The notes under the pieces are model-generated. The model did no database searches. It was not told the origin of the DNA and was given only the letters and a program-made list of their open reading frames with translations. 64,000 nucleotides of DNA from Armatimonadota bacterium (lineage in GTDB: Bacteria; Armatimonadota; Zipacnadia; Zipacnadales; UBA5352), in the NCBI GenBank assembly GCA_034722055.1, contig JAYENL010000130.1, positions 1 through 64,000 of the forward strand, given 5' to 3'. Made by a program: the position numbers and the translations under genes. This document shows positions 20,999 through 29,952 of this stretch, piece by piece (the first letter of the stretch is position 1; the number at the start of each line of letters is the position of its first letter).

Positions 20999-21313
20999 TC
21001 AGCCGCCCTGGTCGATGATCTCCACGTGCTCCTGCACGATCCGGCGGGGGCAGAGCTTGATGAACGACCACAGCGCGCCGATGGCCACCGCCGAGTCATC
21101 CACCCACCCCAGCGGGATGAGCAGGTCCGGCATCAGATCCGACGGCAGGGCCACGTAGGCCAGGCCCAGCACCAGCACCGCCTTCGGCAGCCAGCTCACC
21201 CGCTTGTCCTGGAACAGCCGCACGTAGAGCTTGGCGAAGTTGGGCAGGTGCACCAGCATGCGCAGGGTGTTCATCTGCCCGGGATTGAAGCCAATTCCCG
21301 ATGGCTCTCGCAT
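20999..21313 (-). CDS. YkvA/DUF1232 family membrane protein
   Basis: LAYVALPSDLMPD..LGWVDD motif. Confidence 0.85.
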   Translation of the reverse strand: MREPSGIGFNPGQMNTLRMLVHLPNFAKLYVRLFQDKRVSWLPKAVLVLGLAYVALPSDLMPDLLIPLGWVDDSAVAIGALWSFIKLCPRRIVQEHVEIIDQGG

Positions 21314-21385
21314 CTCTCTCTCCTTCGGCGTGCGCCGGGCCACTCTCCCCTTGTACAGTCGCTCTCGGACCGGGGATTGTTCCCG

Positions 21386-22456
21386 CTATCCGCCACGCAG
21401 CTCGTCCAGGACCTGCTCGGTCACGTCCTGGTCGATGCTGGCCGCGAACCCCTCCCTCGTGGCCTTCTCGGCCACCTCCTGCACGAAGGCCGGGTCCACA
21501 TCCGCCTTATCGAGGCCCAGCGCCACCATGATGGCGTCGGCGTTGGCCTCGCCCACCGCCTGATCCAGCGCCACCATGATCTCCAGGATCGTCGCATAAA
21601 GCTGCGCGTCCATCTCCGCCTCCATGGGCTGGTCCACGGCCGGGTCCGGCACCACGCCGCGTCGCACCGCCGCGATCAGCACCGGCACCAGCTCCCACCT
21701 CCCGGCCTCCACCAGCTCGCCGCCCAGCCGCCCCACGTTGGGCCAGTTGGGCAGCGCTGAGACCGCATGCAGGCGCGTGAAGGGTGGCTCCTCCGCCGTC
21801 AGGTCCATCCGCCAGGCGACGCGACCGGGGCCGACCAGCTCCCCGGTGCTCTCCACGACCTCCCCGGGGAGCTGCACCGAGAAGCGCAGGCCGGCGTCAC
21901 CACTGGACATCATCATGGTCATCATCTGGCCGAAGGCCTCCTGCATCTGCTCGTTGATCTCCATCTGCATCTCGTCCTCGGCCTGCTCGTCCTCCTCCTC
22001 GGTCTCGCCCTCGGCCTGCTCGCCCTCGGCCTCACCTGCAGCCGGGGGGCCGCTGCTGAAGGCGGCCTCCAGCTTCTCCTCCGGGAACTGCATGGCGAAC
22101 TCGTAGCGGGTGGTCAGCAGATGAGTGGTGCTTGAGAACTCGGGCGCTACCTCGGCGTCCTCGGTGAAGAGGCTCTCGCCGGGGCCGGCATGGCCGACCA
22201 TGGCCTTCACGTGCCACTGGCCGCGATCGTACTCCTCCTCCTGCCACTTCCCCTCCGCCAGCTCACTGCCCAGATCAGTAGTGAAGTCGCCCTCGCCCCG
22301 CTCCGCCATGGACTTGAGCACGCCGGCCTCCAGGCGCGCGTCCACACTGCCGTCGGGAGCCATCGCGAACTGACCGTCGATGAACATGCAGCCACCCAGC
22401 AGCGCCAGCGCCGTGAGGGCCGCCGCTGCGACCATGATCCTACTCGTAGACGCCAT
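21386..22456 (-). CDS. Putative lipoprotein with acidic linker
   Basis: Signal peptide with LLGG-C lipobox; ATG 22456 overlaps upstream gene end. Confidence 0.65.
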   Translation of the reverse strand: MASTSRIMVAAAALTALALLGGCMFIDGQFAMAPDGSVDARLEAGVLKSMAERGEGDFTTDLGSELAEGKWQEEEYDRGQWHVKAMVGHAGPGESLFTEDAEVAPEFSSTTHLLTTRYEFAMQFPEEKLEAAFSSGPPAAGEAEGEQAEGETEEEDEQAEDEMQMEINEQMQEAFGQMMTMMMSSGDAGLRFSVQLPGEVVESTGELVGPGRVAWRMDLTAEEPPFTRLHAVSALPNWPNVGRLGGELVEAGRWELVPVLIAAVRRGVVPDPAVDQPMEAEMDAQLYATILEIMVALDQAVGEANADAIMVALGLDKADVDPAFVQEVAEKATREGFAASIDQDVTEQVLDELRGG

Positions 22457-23510
22457 ACTCGTCCACCGCCTCGAAGAGCGCCTCGATGTTCTCCCAGGGT
22501 ACATCCGGCTCCAGCACGTGCGTGGGTGCCACCAGCAGGCCCCCACCGGCTCCCACAGTGTCGATCGTCCACTTCACGGCCTCCCCAACCTCTTCGGGAG
22601 TGCCGAAGGGCATCGTCGTCTGCGTTCCGATGCAGCCCCAGAACGCCAGCCGGTCCCCGTACCGGCGCTTCAGGGCCGCCGGGTCCATACACTCCGGCTG
22701 CACCGGGTTGAGGATGTCGAAGCCGATCTCGATGAGGTCCTCAATGACCTCCCGCACGTCCCCGTCACTATGATACCATGCCAGGATGTCCGGGTTGACG
22801 TCCTTCGCGGCTCGGATGACCCTCCGCCAGCGAGGCTTGAGCCACTCCCGCCACATCTCCGGGCTCATCATCAGCCGGTCCTGCATGCCGATGTCATCGC
22901 CGCAGTGGATCATGTCCGCGCCGGCTTGGGCGTAGCGGCGCGCCATGAAGGCGCGATCCTCGGTGATCCTATCGAATATGTACCCCGCGAACGCCCGGTT
23001 CAACACCATGTCCTGCATCAGCTTCTCCATGCGGGTGAGCGCCCAGGCGTTCTCCCAGATGTGGCCCACGCCCCCGGAGACGAACCACTCGTCCTGGTGC
23101 AGGGCCGCCACGGTTTCCTCCAGGTGGGCGTGCCGGCGCTCGGGCGTGTAGTCCGGCCAGGGATACTCCTCCAGCTCCTCCACCGTCTCAGCGCGCTCCA
23201 GGGGATAGATGCGGGAGGTGAAGTGATAGAAGTCGCTGGGCACGCGCCCGGAGCCGTACTCGTTGATGCTGGTGCCCTCCGGGATCCCGTCGGGGTAGTA
23301 GAGCGAGAAGTCCTGCGGCTCCTGGGGGCCTCTGAAGCCCACTCCGCGGCGCTCGAAGCCGAAGTACTCTGCGGCGTTGGTAGCCCCGGTGTTCTCCTCG
23401 AAGGCCGCCTGGATGGCCGGCGTGAAGCCGGCCTCCTTGGGCACCCGGTCCGGCACCTCCCGCCGCATGGTGGTGATCACCCGCTGGCGCGGCGACATCT
23501 CTGTGCGCAC
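22440..23510 (-). CDS. Uroporphyrinogen decarboxylase (URO-D/MtaA/CmuA) family protein
   Basis: SPRQRV, PDRVP, GDDIG, HSDG, LNPVQ, FWGCIGTQ, PWENI. Confidence 0.85.
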   Translation of the reverse strand: MRTEMSPRQRVITTMRREVPDRVPKEAGFTPAIQAAFEENTGATNAAEYFGFERRGVGFRGPQEPQDFSLYYPDGIPEGTSINEYGSGRVPSDFYHFTSRIYPLERAETVEELEEYPWPDYTPERRHAHLEETVAALHQDEWFVSGGVGHIWENAWALTRMEKLMQDMVLNRAFAGYIFDRITEDRAFMARRYAQAGADMIHCGDDIGMQDRLMMSPEMWREWLKPRWRRVIRAAKDVNPDILAWYHSDGDVREVIEDLIEIGFDILNPVQPECMDPAALKRRYGDRLAFWGCIGTQTTMPFGTPEEVGEAVKWTIDTVGAGGGLLVAPTHVLEPDVPWENIEALFEAVDEYGVYE

Positions 23511-23521
23511 GGGCACCTCCC

Positions 23522-24277
23522 TCAGCCGCGCATGCGGCCGAAGATGAAGAAGATGGTGGCGACGATGCTCACTGCCAGCATGATCAGACTGACCATCGGC
23601 GGAATCCACTCCGCCAGCAGCCCGATGACCACTGCGGGGACCAGAAAGACCACGATCAGCCACTTCCACAGCCGCATCATCTCCGGCGTGGTCAGCGTCT
23701 CGATGATCTCCACGGAGCCCTTCAGGTACATTCCGCACTCCGTGCAGCGCACCGCGTCCTGGGGGCTGTAGGCGCCACAGACAGGACACCGCTGCATGTG
23801 CATGTCCCGCCGGCGCCTGGCATCCAGGCAACGCTCCAGCCGCCGCTGGATGTCGGCGCTCCCGGAATGTATCTCCACGTAGGCCTGGTAGTGCTCGATG
23901 GCCCGGTCCAGGTCCCCACGCTGCTCGTAGATCTCGCCCAGCTTCCGATGGGGGAAGGGCACATCCGGCTGCCGCTCAAGGGCCTCGTAGTACCTGGCGA
24001 TGTCCTGGGCCTCCAGCCGGCGCGTGCCGACCTCCTGCGTCGCCAGCGGCATGACGGTGATGAGCAGGCACACCACCATGAGCAGCAGGAAGAGCCCTAT
24101 CGCCACCGGCCCGCCCATCAGTGTGCCGCCCAACAGCGCCAGCATCAGCGACAGTATCAGCACGAACTCCCAGCCGCTGATCACCTTATCGGTGATCCAC
24201 ATCCCGAAGAGGCGGAAGATGGCCCAGCCAAACAGAGCAATGCACCCGAGGATCAGAAGCGCGAGTATGGCGCCCAC
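23522..24277 (-). CDS. Membrane protein with TPR and double zinc ribbon
   Basis: TM helices at both ends, TPR KLGEIYEQRGDLDRAIEHY, CPVC..CTEC. Confidence 0.7.
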   Translation of the reverse strand: MGAILALLILGCIALFGWAIFRLFGMWITDKVISGWEFVLILSLMLALLGGTLMGGPVAIGLFLLLMVVCLLITVMPLATQEVGTRRLEAQDIARYYEALERQPDVPFPHRKLGEIYEQRGDLDRAIEHYQAYVEIHSGSADIQRRLERCLDARRRRDMHMQRCPVCGAYSPQDAVRCTECGMYLKGSVEIIETLTTPEMMRLWKWLIVVFLVPAVVIGLLAEWIPPMVSLIMLAVSIVATIFFIFGRMRG

Positions 24278-24312
24278 GACTTGAATCCCCCTTCTCGCCG
24301 GTTCCGGACACG

Positions 24313-25608
24313 TCAGCGCTCATCCGACAGCCCGTGGATGCTCGCCCCCCGCTGGTGCAGCCGCAGGCGAAGCTGGTCCGCGTCCACGGCGCGCACGTCA
24401 CCCGTCGCCAGCGCCATCTGCGCCGCGCAGCCGGCCGCCTCGCCGATGGCCATTACGATGGGCATCACGCGCAGCGAGCTGTGCGCCCCGTGGTCGCACG
24501 AGACGCAGCGGGCGGCGATGAGCAGGTTCTCGAAGCCACGCGGCGTCAGGCAGCGGTACGGGATGTCGTAGGCCTCGCCCGGCGGCAGCCGCTTGATGAC
24601 CGTCCCGCTGCCCGCCGGGTTGTGGATGTCCACGCAGTACGAGCCGCGGGCGATGCCGTCATCGAAGGTGCGCGCCGCCAGCACGTCCTCGGTGGTCAGC
24701 ACGTAGTCGCCCATCACCCGCCGGCTCTCGCGCACGCCGATCTGCGGCGCGATCTCCTGCAGCCAGGCCTCCTCGAAGCCCGACACCTCCCGGGTGAGGA
24801 AGCGCACCATCTCGCGCACCTGCCGCCGCGCCTGCAGCTCCGCGTGGGTCATGTCCTCGGCGTTGGTGGGATCATGCTTCACTATCCGTGTAGTGTTGAG
24901 ATGCACCTCGTTTTCGTGCGTCGTGAAGAAAAAAAGGACGTTCTCGCGCGGGTTGTCGATCTCCCCGCGCTCCCTGGCGGCGTCGTAGAGCTCAGTGATG
25001 TCGCCGCGCGAGGGCACGCGGTCGAGGTCCACATTCACCATGCGGAAGCACAGCGTCATGGGCTGGCAGAGGCCGTCCTCCTCCCGGCCGATCTCGACCT
25101 CCGCCCCGGCCCGGGCCGCCAGATCGCCGTCGCCCGTGGCGTCGATGAACACCTCGCCCTTGACCTGCTGCAGCCCGGACTTGCTCAGCGTGGCGATCCT
25201 GCTTACTCGACCGTCGCGGGTGTCTACGTGCGCCAGCATGGTGTGCAGACGCAGCCGCACGTCCGCCTCCTCGCACAGATCATCGGCCACCAACTTGAGC
25301 AGCTCGTCGTCGAAGGCGCTGCCCTGCCGGGGGCCCGCCCAGCCGCCGTAGTCGTCGAGCCGCTCGATGATGCGCTCGAACAGCCCCCGGATGATGGGCT
25401 TGCCGCCCGCGTGCCAGGTCATGAAGGGGTTGACCAGCCCTGCTGTGGCCATCCCGCCCAGGAAGCCGTAGCGCTCGATCAGCAGCGTGTCAGCGCCCTC
25501 CTCAGCGGCGGCCACCGCCGCGCACAATCCACCCGGCCCACCGCCCACCACCACGACCTCGGCCTCCGCTGCCACCTCAAGGGCGTCGAAGCTCACGGCG
25601 TCGCTCAT
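24313..25608 (-). CDS. FAD-dependent oxidoreductase
   Basis: VVVGGGPGG, LGGMATAG, IDATGDGD, GVRESRR, IPYRCL. Confidence 0.9.
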   Translation of the reverse strand: MSDAVSFDALEVAAEAEVVVVGGGPGGLCAAVAAAEEGADTLLIERYGFLGGMATAGLVNPFMTWHAGGKPIIRGLFERIIERLDDYGGWAGPRQGSAFDDELLKLVADDLCEEADVRLRLHTMLAHVDTRDGRVSRIATLSKSGLQQVKGEVFIDATGDGDLAARAGAEVEIGREEDGLCQPMTLCFRMVNVDLDRVPSRGDITELYDAARERGEIDNPRENVLFFFTTHENEVHLNTTRIVKHDPTNAEDMTHAELQARRQVREMVRFLTREVSGFEEAWLQEIAPQIGVRESRRVMGDYVLTTEDVLAARTFDDGIARGSYCVDIHNPAGSGTVIKRLPPGEAYDIPYRCLTPRGFENLLIAARCVSCDHGAHSSLRVMPIVMAIGEAAGCAAQMALATGDVRAVDADQLRLRLHQRGASIHGLSDER

Positions 25609-25955
25609 GTCTGGGGCTCCTCGCATTCGAGATCAACGTGAATGCGTATTCCGCGCTCTGCCGCCTCGCGTGCCAGCGAGTTCCACTCCTGCATCTCCTC
25701 GAAGTGCTGAGGCGTGCAGGGCAGCAGCTCGAGCTGCAGGTCCAGCTTCCACTCCCGCTGCAGCTCCGGGAGCAGCTTGCCCAGCGGGCGCCCCTCGAAG
25801 CTCTCGGAGAGCAGCACCAGGTTCAGGTCCGAGTGCGGGCGCTCGTCCCCGCGCGCCCGTGAGCCGAAGAAGATGGCGTCCTCCACACCCACCCGGCGCA
25901 GGAACCGCCGAATCTCCTCGATCAGCTCTTCGCGTTGTACTGTGTCTCGATCCAC
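25605..25955 (-). CDS. Minimal nucleotidyltransferase (MNT), second Asp replaced by Asn
   Basis: FFGSRARGDERPHSDLN (GSx10DxN). Confidence 0.8.
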   Translation of the reverse strand: MDRDTVQREELIEEIRRFLRRVGVEDAIFFGSRARGDERPHSDLNLVLLSESFEGRPLGKLLPELQREWKLDLQLELLPCTPQHFEEMQEWNSLAREAAERGIRIHVDLECEEPQT

Positions 25956-26320
25956 TCGAAGGCCTCCTGAGCCATCGCCACGGCCTCGCGCGCATCCTCG
26001 GGCTCGAAGCGCTCCGAGGGCGGCCCGCCGGCGGCGTCCACGTAGCGGGTGGACATGTAGAAGGGGTTCAGCCTCTTAATGATTGCCCACATGTCGTCGG
26101 GTATCCTGCCGAACACGTCGTGAACCATCGCCTGCAGGGAGTGCTCGTGGGGCATGGGGCGGTCCTTGAGGATGGGGTAGCCGCACTTGAGGAGCTTCTC
26201 AACGGCCTGCCGGGCGTGGAAGATGGCGTGGCTGGGGATGTCGTGCCGGGAGAGCAGCCGGGCCGCCTCCAGGTCGATCCGCGCATCGGCGATCCACGAC
26301 CGCTCCCGCTCGGAGAGCAT
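25922..26320 (-). CDS. HEPN domain protein (RY type)
   Basis: AIFHARQAVEKLLK, HSL, YMSTRY; overlaps MNT gene. Confidence 0.82.
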   Translation of the reverse strand: MLSERERSWIADARIDLEAARLLSRHDIPSHAIFHARQAVEKLLKCGYPILKDRPMPHEHSLQAMVHDVFGRIPDDMWAIIKRLNPFYMSTRYVDAAGGPPSERFEPEDAREAVAMAQEAFEWIETQYNAKS

Positions 26321-26323
26321 CCC

Positions 26324-27411
26324 TCACGCGTCCTCGCCGGCTCCACCGACCGCTTCCCCGCCGCTCGCGCAGCCGGGCTTCCGCCGTGTCATCGACAGCC
26401 CGAAGGCGTCGGCCGATACCGTCGCGTCCGCCAGCGCGGTCTTCGGCAGCATCTCCTGGAGCTTCACCACCGTGTAGGCCGCTTTCAGCGAGCTGGCGAA
26501 GCCCGCCTTCAGCTCCCGGCTGGTCATCAGCTTCATGAACCAAGCGATCACCGGGTTGATGTCGCACCGCAGGTCGCCGAGGCAGTACGCACCGCCCGGC
26601 TTGAGCCCCCGCGCGATCTCGTCGAAGACGCGCTCCGGCTCGGCCCACTCATGCGGCGACCCGTTGCTGAACGCGCCATCGAAGGTGGCGTCCTCGAAGG
26701 GCATCGCCAGGGCATTCCCCTCCATGAACTCGGCGCGCTTAGTGATCCCGTACTCCTGGGCGTTGCGCTGCGCGACGGCGATCATCGCCGGGCTGATCTC
26801 CAAACCGTGCAGACGCGTCCCGTCCGTCGCCTTCAGCCACTCCAGGCCCAGGTAGCCCGGCCCGGGGCCGACCTCCAGCACGAGGCTCGAATCTACGCCC
26901 GCGCCGATGGTCTCCCGGGTGTGCATTAGCCCCCGGTCACGCATGCTGCGCTGGAAGCGGTCTGCCCTCGTCGGTCTCCACTAGTGCTCACTTCCGCAAT
27001 TCCGCGTACCTTGACGACGGGCACAGTCGGCGCTCGGTTGCCTCAAAAACCCACCGGCTCCGGTGGAGGGGCCGCCGGGCGCGCAGCGCCCGGTGAGGCC
27101 TGTGACTGAGACTTCGTAGAAGTCTCCCAGCGAATAGGCCTCAGGTTCCACCCCGGCCCGGTGGATAGCTCTACCCAGGGGCTGAACGGCGCGCAGGCGG
27201 GGGCGCCCGCGCTGATGGTCGGGCTGGAAGCCCGTGAGACCGAAGGTCTCCAGTGGGCCGGGGTGGAACCTGCGCGGTCAGTCGCTACCGCTCCTGATCG
27301 CGCCCCGCTCGCTTCGCTCGCGGCGGCCCCTCCATGGCGGGCACGCCTCTTGTCGGGACGTAGGAAGCTACGCGAACTTCTGCGACTTAGCACTAAACGC
27401 GGCTTGATCAT
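26324..27411 (-). pseudogene. Class I SAM-dependent methyltransferase, split by MITE and frameshifted
   Basis: LEVGPGPG, GNALAMPFED, LKPGG in 26324-26944; RBS plus MIKPRL at 27411-27394 lies beyond the element. Confidence 0.78.
26984..27393 (+). mobile_element. MITE-like structured repeat, copy 2 (complete, 410 bp)
   Basis: Imperfect terminal inverted repeats GTGCTCACTTCCGCAATTCCGCGTA / TACGCGAACTTCTGCGACTTAGCAC; TA at 26982-83 and 27394-95; no coding capacity. Confidence 0.85.
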
Positions 27412-27455
27412 CGCTACGCCTCCCCGCTGTGAGTGTCACATCGCCGCCTATGCCT

Positions 27456-28319
27456 TCAGCCGTCATCGTCAGAGGTGTCCTCGTCGCCCGGCTCGTCATC
27501 GAGACCGGCGTCCTCAGGGACGTCGCCCGCAGTTGGCAGCCCGCTCTCAGGCAGCTGCTCGCCCACCCATTCGAGGACGCTCTCCATCGCCACGAGCGCG
27601 CTCTCCGCGTCAAGCTCGTTGTAGTATGTCGTCGGCGACGGAATGACCTCCGTTGGGTACCGGGTCAGGATGTAGTACGCCTCAAGCTCCCTGAGTGGGC
27701 CCTTGACCTCGCCTGGGACATCGCCGAACGCGGTCTCCGCCAGCTCGTGCAGCGCGTGGGTTCGAGGAGGTTCCTCAGCGCGCAGCTCGACACAGGCCGC
27801 CTTCAGGGCGGCCTCCACTGCCTGTCGCGCATGATAGATTGCCTGGCTGAAGACGTTGGCTTCACTCAGTAGCCGTGCTACCCGCCGGTTCGTGCCAGCT
27901 TCCGTCAGCCAGTTCTTTGTCTCTGGCCGCATTCTCTCACCTCCCGGCTCGGGCGGTGGCTGGTGCTCCACAATGGCGCCGTCACCGTCACCACGCAACG
28001 TGATGTGGATACCGGTCCTGGCCGCGGCTCGTTCGATGCCAAGGCCCCTTTTCGCCCGCTCGAACTCCTCGGGCGTGTAGGCGAGGACTTCCAGGAAGGG
28101 TAGCTCCGGGTCCCACTCGGAATGCAGAGGCGCGAGGCGCCGGTGAGGAGGCGTATCCGCGAACCGCGGCGAGATCACCATCAGGTCCACGTCGCTGCTC
28201 TTGATGTGATCCCCACGCGCTCGCGACCCGTAGAGGATGGCCTCAGTGACGCCGACGCGCCGCATGAACTCCTGCACGACCTCGATCAGCTCGTCTCGAG
28301 TAAGCGTCCGGACAGGCAC
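27456..28319 (-). CDS. MNT-HEPN fusion ORF (internal RBS and ATG at 27932)
   Basis: YGSRARGDHIKSSDVD then AIYHARQAVEAALKA, THAL, YILTRY in one frame. Confidence 0.8.
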   Translation of the reverse strand: MPVRTLTRDELIEVVQEFMRRVGVTEAILYGSRARGDHIKSSDVDLMVISPRFADTPPHRRLAPLHSEWDPELPFLEVLAYTPEEFERAKRGLGIERAAARTGIHITLRGDGDGAIVEHQPPPEPGGERMRPETKNWLTEAGTNRRVARLLSEANVFSQAIYHARQAVEAALKAACVELRAEEPPRTHALHELAETAFGDVPGEVKGPLRELEAYYILTRYPTEVIPSPTTYYNELDAESALVAMESVLEWVGEQLPESGLPTAGDVPEDAGLDDEPGDEDTSDDDG

Positions 28320-28362
28320 GCGAGCACCTCCCGCGCATCCTCGATGGCTCGCTGAATCACTG

Positions 28363-29796
28363 TCACTGCAGCTTCTCCCGCATGATCTCGTTGACCATCT
28401 GCGGGTTCGCCTGGCCCTGCGTGGCCTTCATGACCTGGCCGATGAGGAAGCCGATGGCCTTGTCCTTGCCGCTGCGGAACTGCTCCGCCGGCCCGGGGTT
28501 GTCGGCGATCACCTGCTCGATGATCCCCTCCAGCTCGCCGGCGTCGGAGATCTGCTCCAGCCCCTCCTCCTCCACGATCTCCCGCGGGCCCCTGCCGGTC
28601 TCGAACATCGTCGCCAGCACGTCCTTGGCGATCTTCCCGGAGATGACGTCCTCCTCTATCAGCGTCAGCAGCTCTGCCAGGCCCTGGGAGGAGATGGGAC
28701 TCTCGGTGATGCTTACGCCGGCCTCGTTGAGCAGGCTCATGACATCGCCCATCAGCCAGTTGCTGACGGTCTTGGCCGCTCCCTGGAAGTGCTCGCAGGT
28801 ATCCTCGAAGAAGTCGGCCAGCTCCCGGCTCTCGGTGAGCACCTCAGCGTCATACTCAGGCAGACCATACTGCTCGCACAGCCGCCTGCAGCGCTCGGCG
28901 GGCAACTCCGGGCAGCTCTCGATGATCTCCTGCACCCACTCCGGATCCGGCTCCAGCGGCACCAGGTCCGGCTCCGGGAAGTACATGTAGTCGTCGGAGG
29001 TCTCCTTGCGCCGCATCAGCGTCGTCACGCCCTTATCCTCATCCCAGCGCCGCGTCTGCTGGAACAGCTCCTCCTCCCGGCCCTCCCGCACCGCACGCCG
29101 CTGGCGCTCGATCTCGTACTTCACGGCCTCGTAGACCGAGCGGATGGAGTTGAGGTTCTTGATCTCCACCTTCGGCGTGGCCTCACCGGTCTGGGGATCA
29201 CGCAGGTTGACGGTGGGCTCGGCGCGCATGGCGCCCTCCTCCATGTTCGCGTTCGAGACCCCGAGGCAGCGCAGGATCAGCCGAAGCTGCGTGAGGTACT
29301 CCCGGCACTGCTCGGCGGTGGTGAAATCCGGCTCCGTCACCACCTCCATCAGCGGGATGCCGCAGCGGTTGTACTCCACCAGCGACGAGCCGCTGGGCAG
29401 GTGGATGTTCTTGCCGGTGTCCTCCTCCAGATGCGCCCGGCGGATGCCGATGCGCACCTCCTCCCCGTCCACGGTCAGGTCGATGTAGCCGTCATGCGTC
29501 AGCGGCTCATCATACTGCGAGATCTGGAAATTCTTGGGCAGGTCGGGGTAGAAGTAGTTCTTGCGCGCGAAGCGGCAGCGCTCCGCCACCTGGCAGTGCA
29601 GCGCCACCCCGGTGCGGATGGTGTACTCCACCGCAGTGCGGTTCGGCACCGGCAGCGAGCCGGGCAGCCCCAGGCAGGTAGGGCACACGTTGGAGTTCGG
29701 CTCAGCCCCGAACTCCGTCGAGCACTGGCAGAACATCTTCGACTTGGTGTCGAGCTGAGCGTGCACCTCAAGGCCGATCATGGGCTCAAGCGCCAT
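28363..29796 (-). CDS. gatB: Asp/Glu-tRNA amidotransferase subunit B
   Basis: IGLEVHAQL, RKNYFYPDLPKNFQISQ, HLEEDTG, YFPEPDL. Confidence 0.97.
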   Translation of the reverse strand: MALEPMIGLEVHAQLDTKSKMFCQCSTEFGAEPNSNVCPTCLGLPGSLPVPNRTAVEYTIRTGVALHCQVAERCRFARKNYFYPDLPKNFQISQYDEPLTHDGYIDLTVDGEEVRIGIRRAHLEEDTGKNIHLPSGSSLVEYNRCGIPLMEVVTEPDFTTAEQCREYLTQLRLILRCLGVSNANMEEGAMRAEPTVNLRDPQTGEATPKVEIKNLNSIRSVYEAVKYEIERQRRAVREGREEELFQQTRRWDEDKGVTTLMRRKETSDDYMYFPEPDLVPLEPDPEWVQEIIESCPELPAERCRRLCEQYGLPEYDAEVLTESRELADFFEDTCEHFQGAAKTVSNWLMGDVMSLLNEAGVSITESPISSQGLAELLTLIEEDVISGKIAKDVLATMFETGRGPREIVEEEGLEQISDAGELEGIIEQVIADNPGPAEQFRSGKDKAIGFLIGQVMKATQGQANPQMVNEIMREKLQ

Positions 29797-29952
29797 GCCT
29801 ATCACCTGCGAAGGGCAGCAATTGGGAATGCGCGGCGCTCGCGTTCCGAGCGCAACACGAGTAGCAGTCTACAACGTGCGCGACCGATCATTCGGCTGCC
29901 TGGTATGATACACCGCGGGAGGGAGGGTTGTCGAGGGAGCGGTCCGCTGCGA

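Noticed and set aside
24929..24935. A7 run as a phase-variation tract
   Set aside because: Short, in frame, and explained by Leu-Phe-Phe codons
27043..27411. 122-aa ORF as a transposase or standalone gene
   Set aside because: Only the first six codons are genuine (methyltransferase N-terminus); the rest reads through the non-coding element
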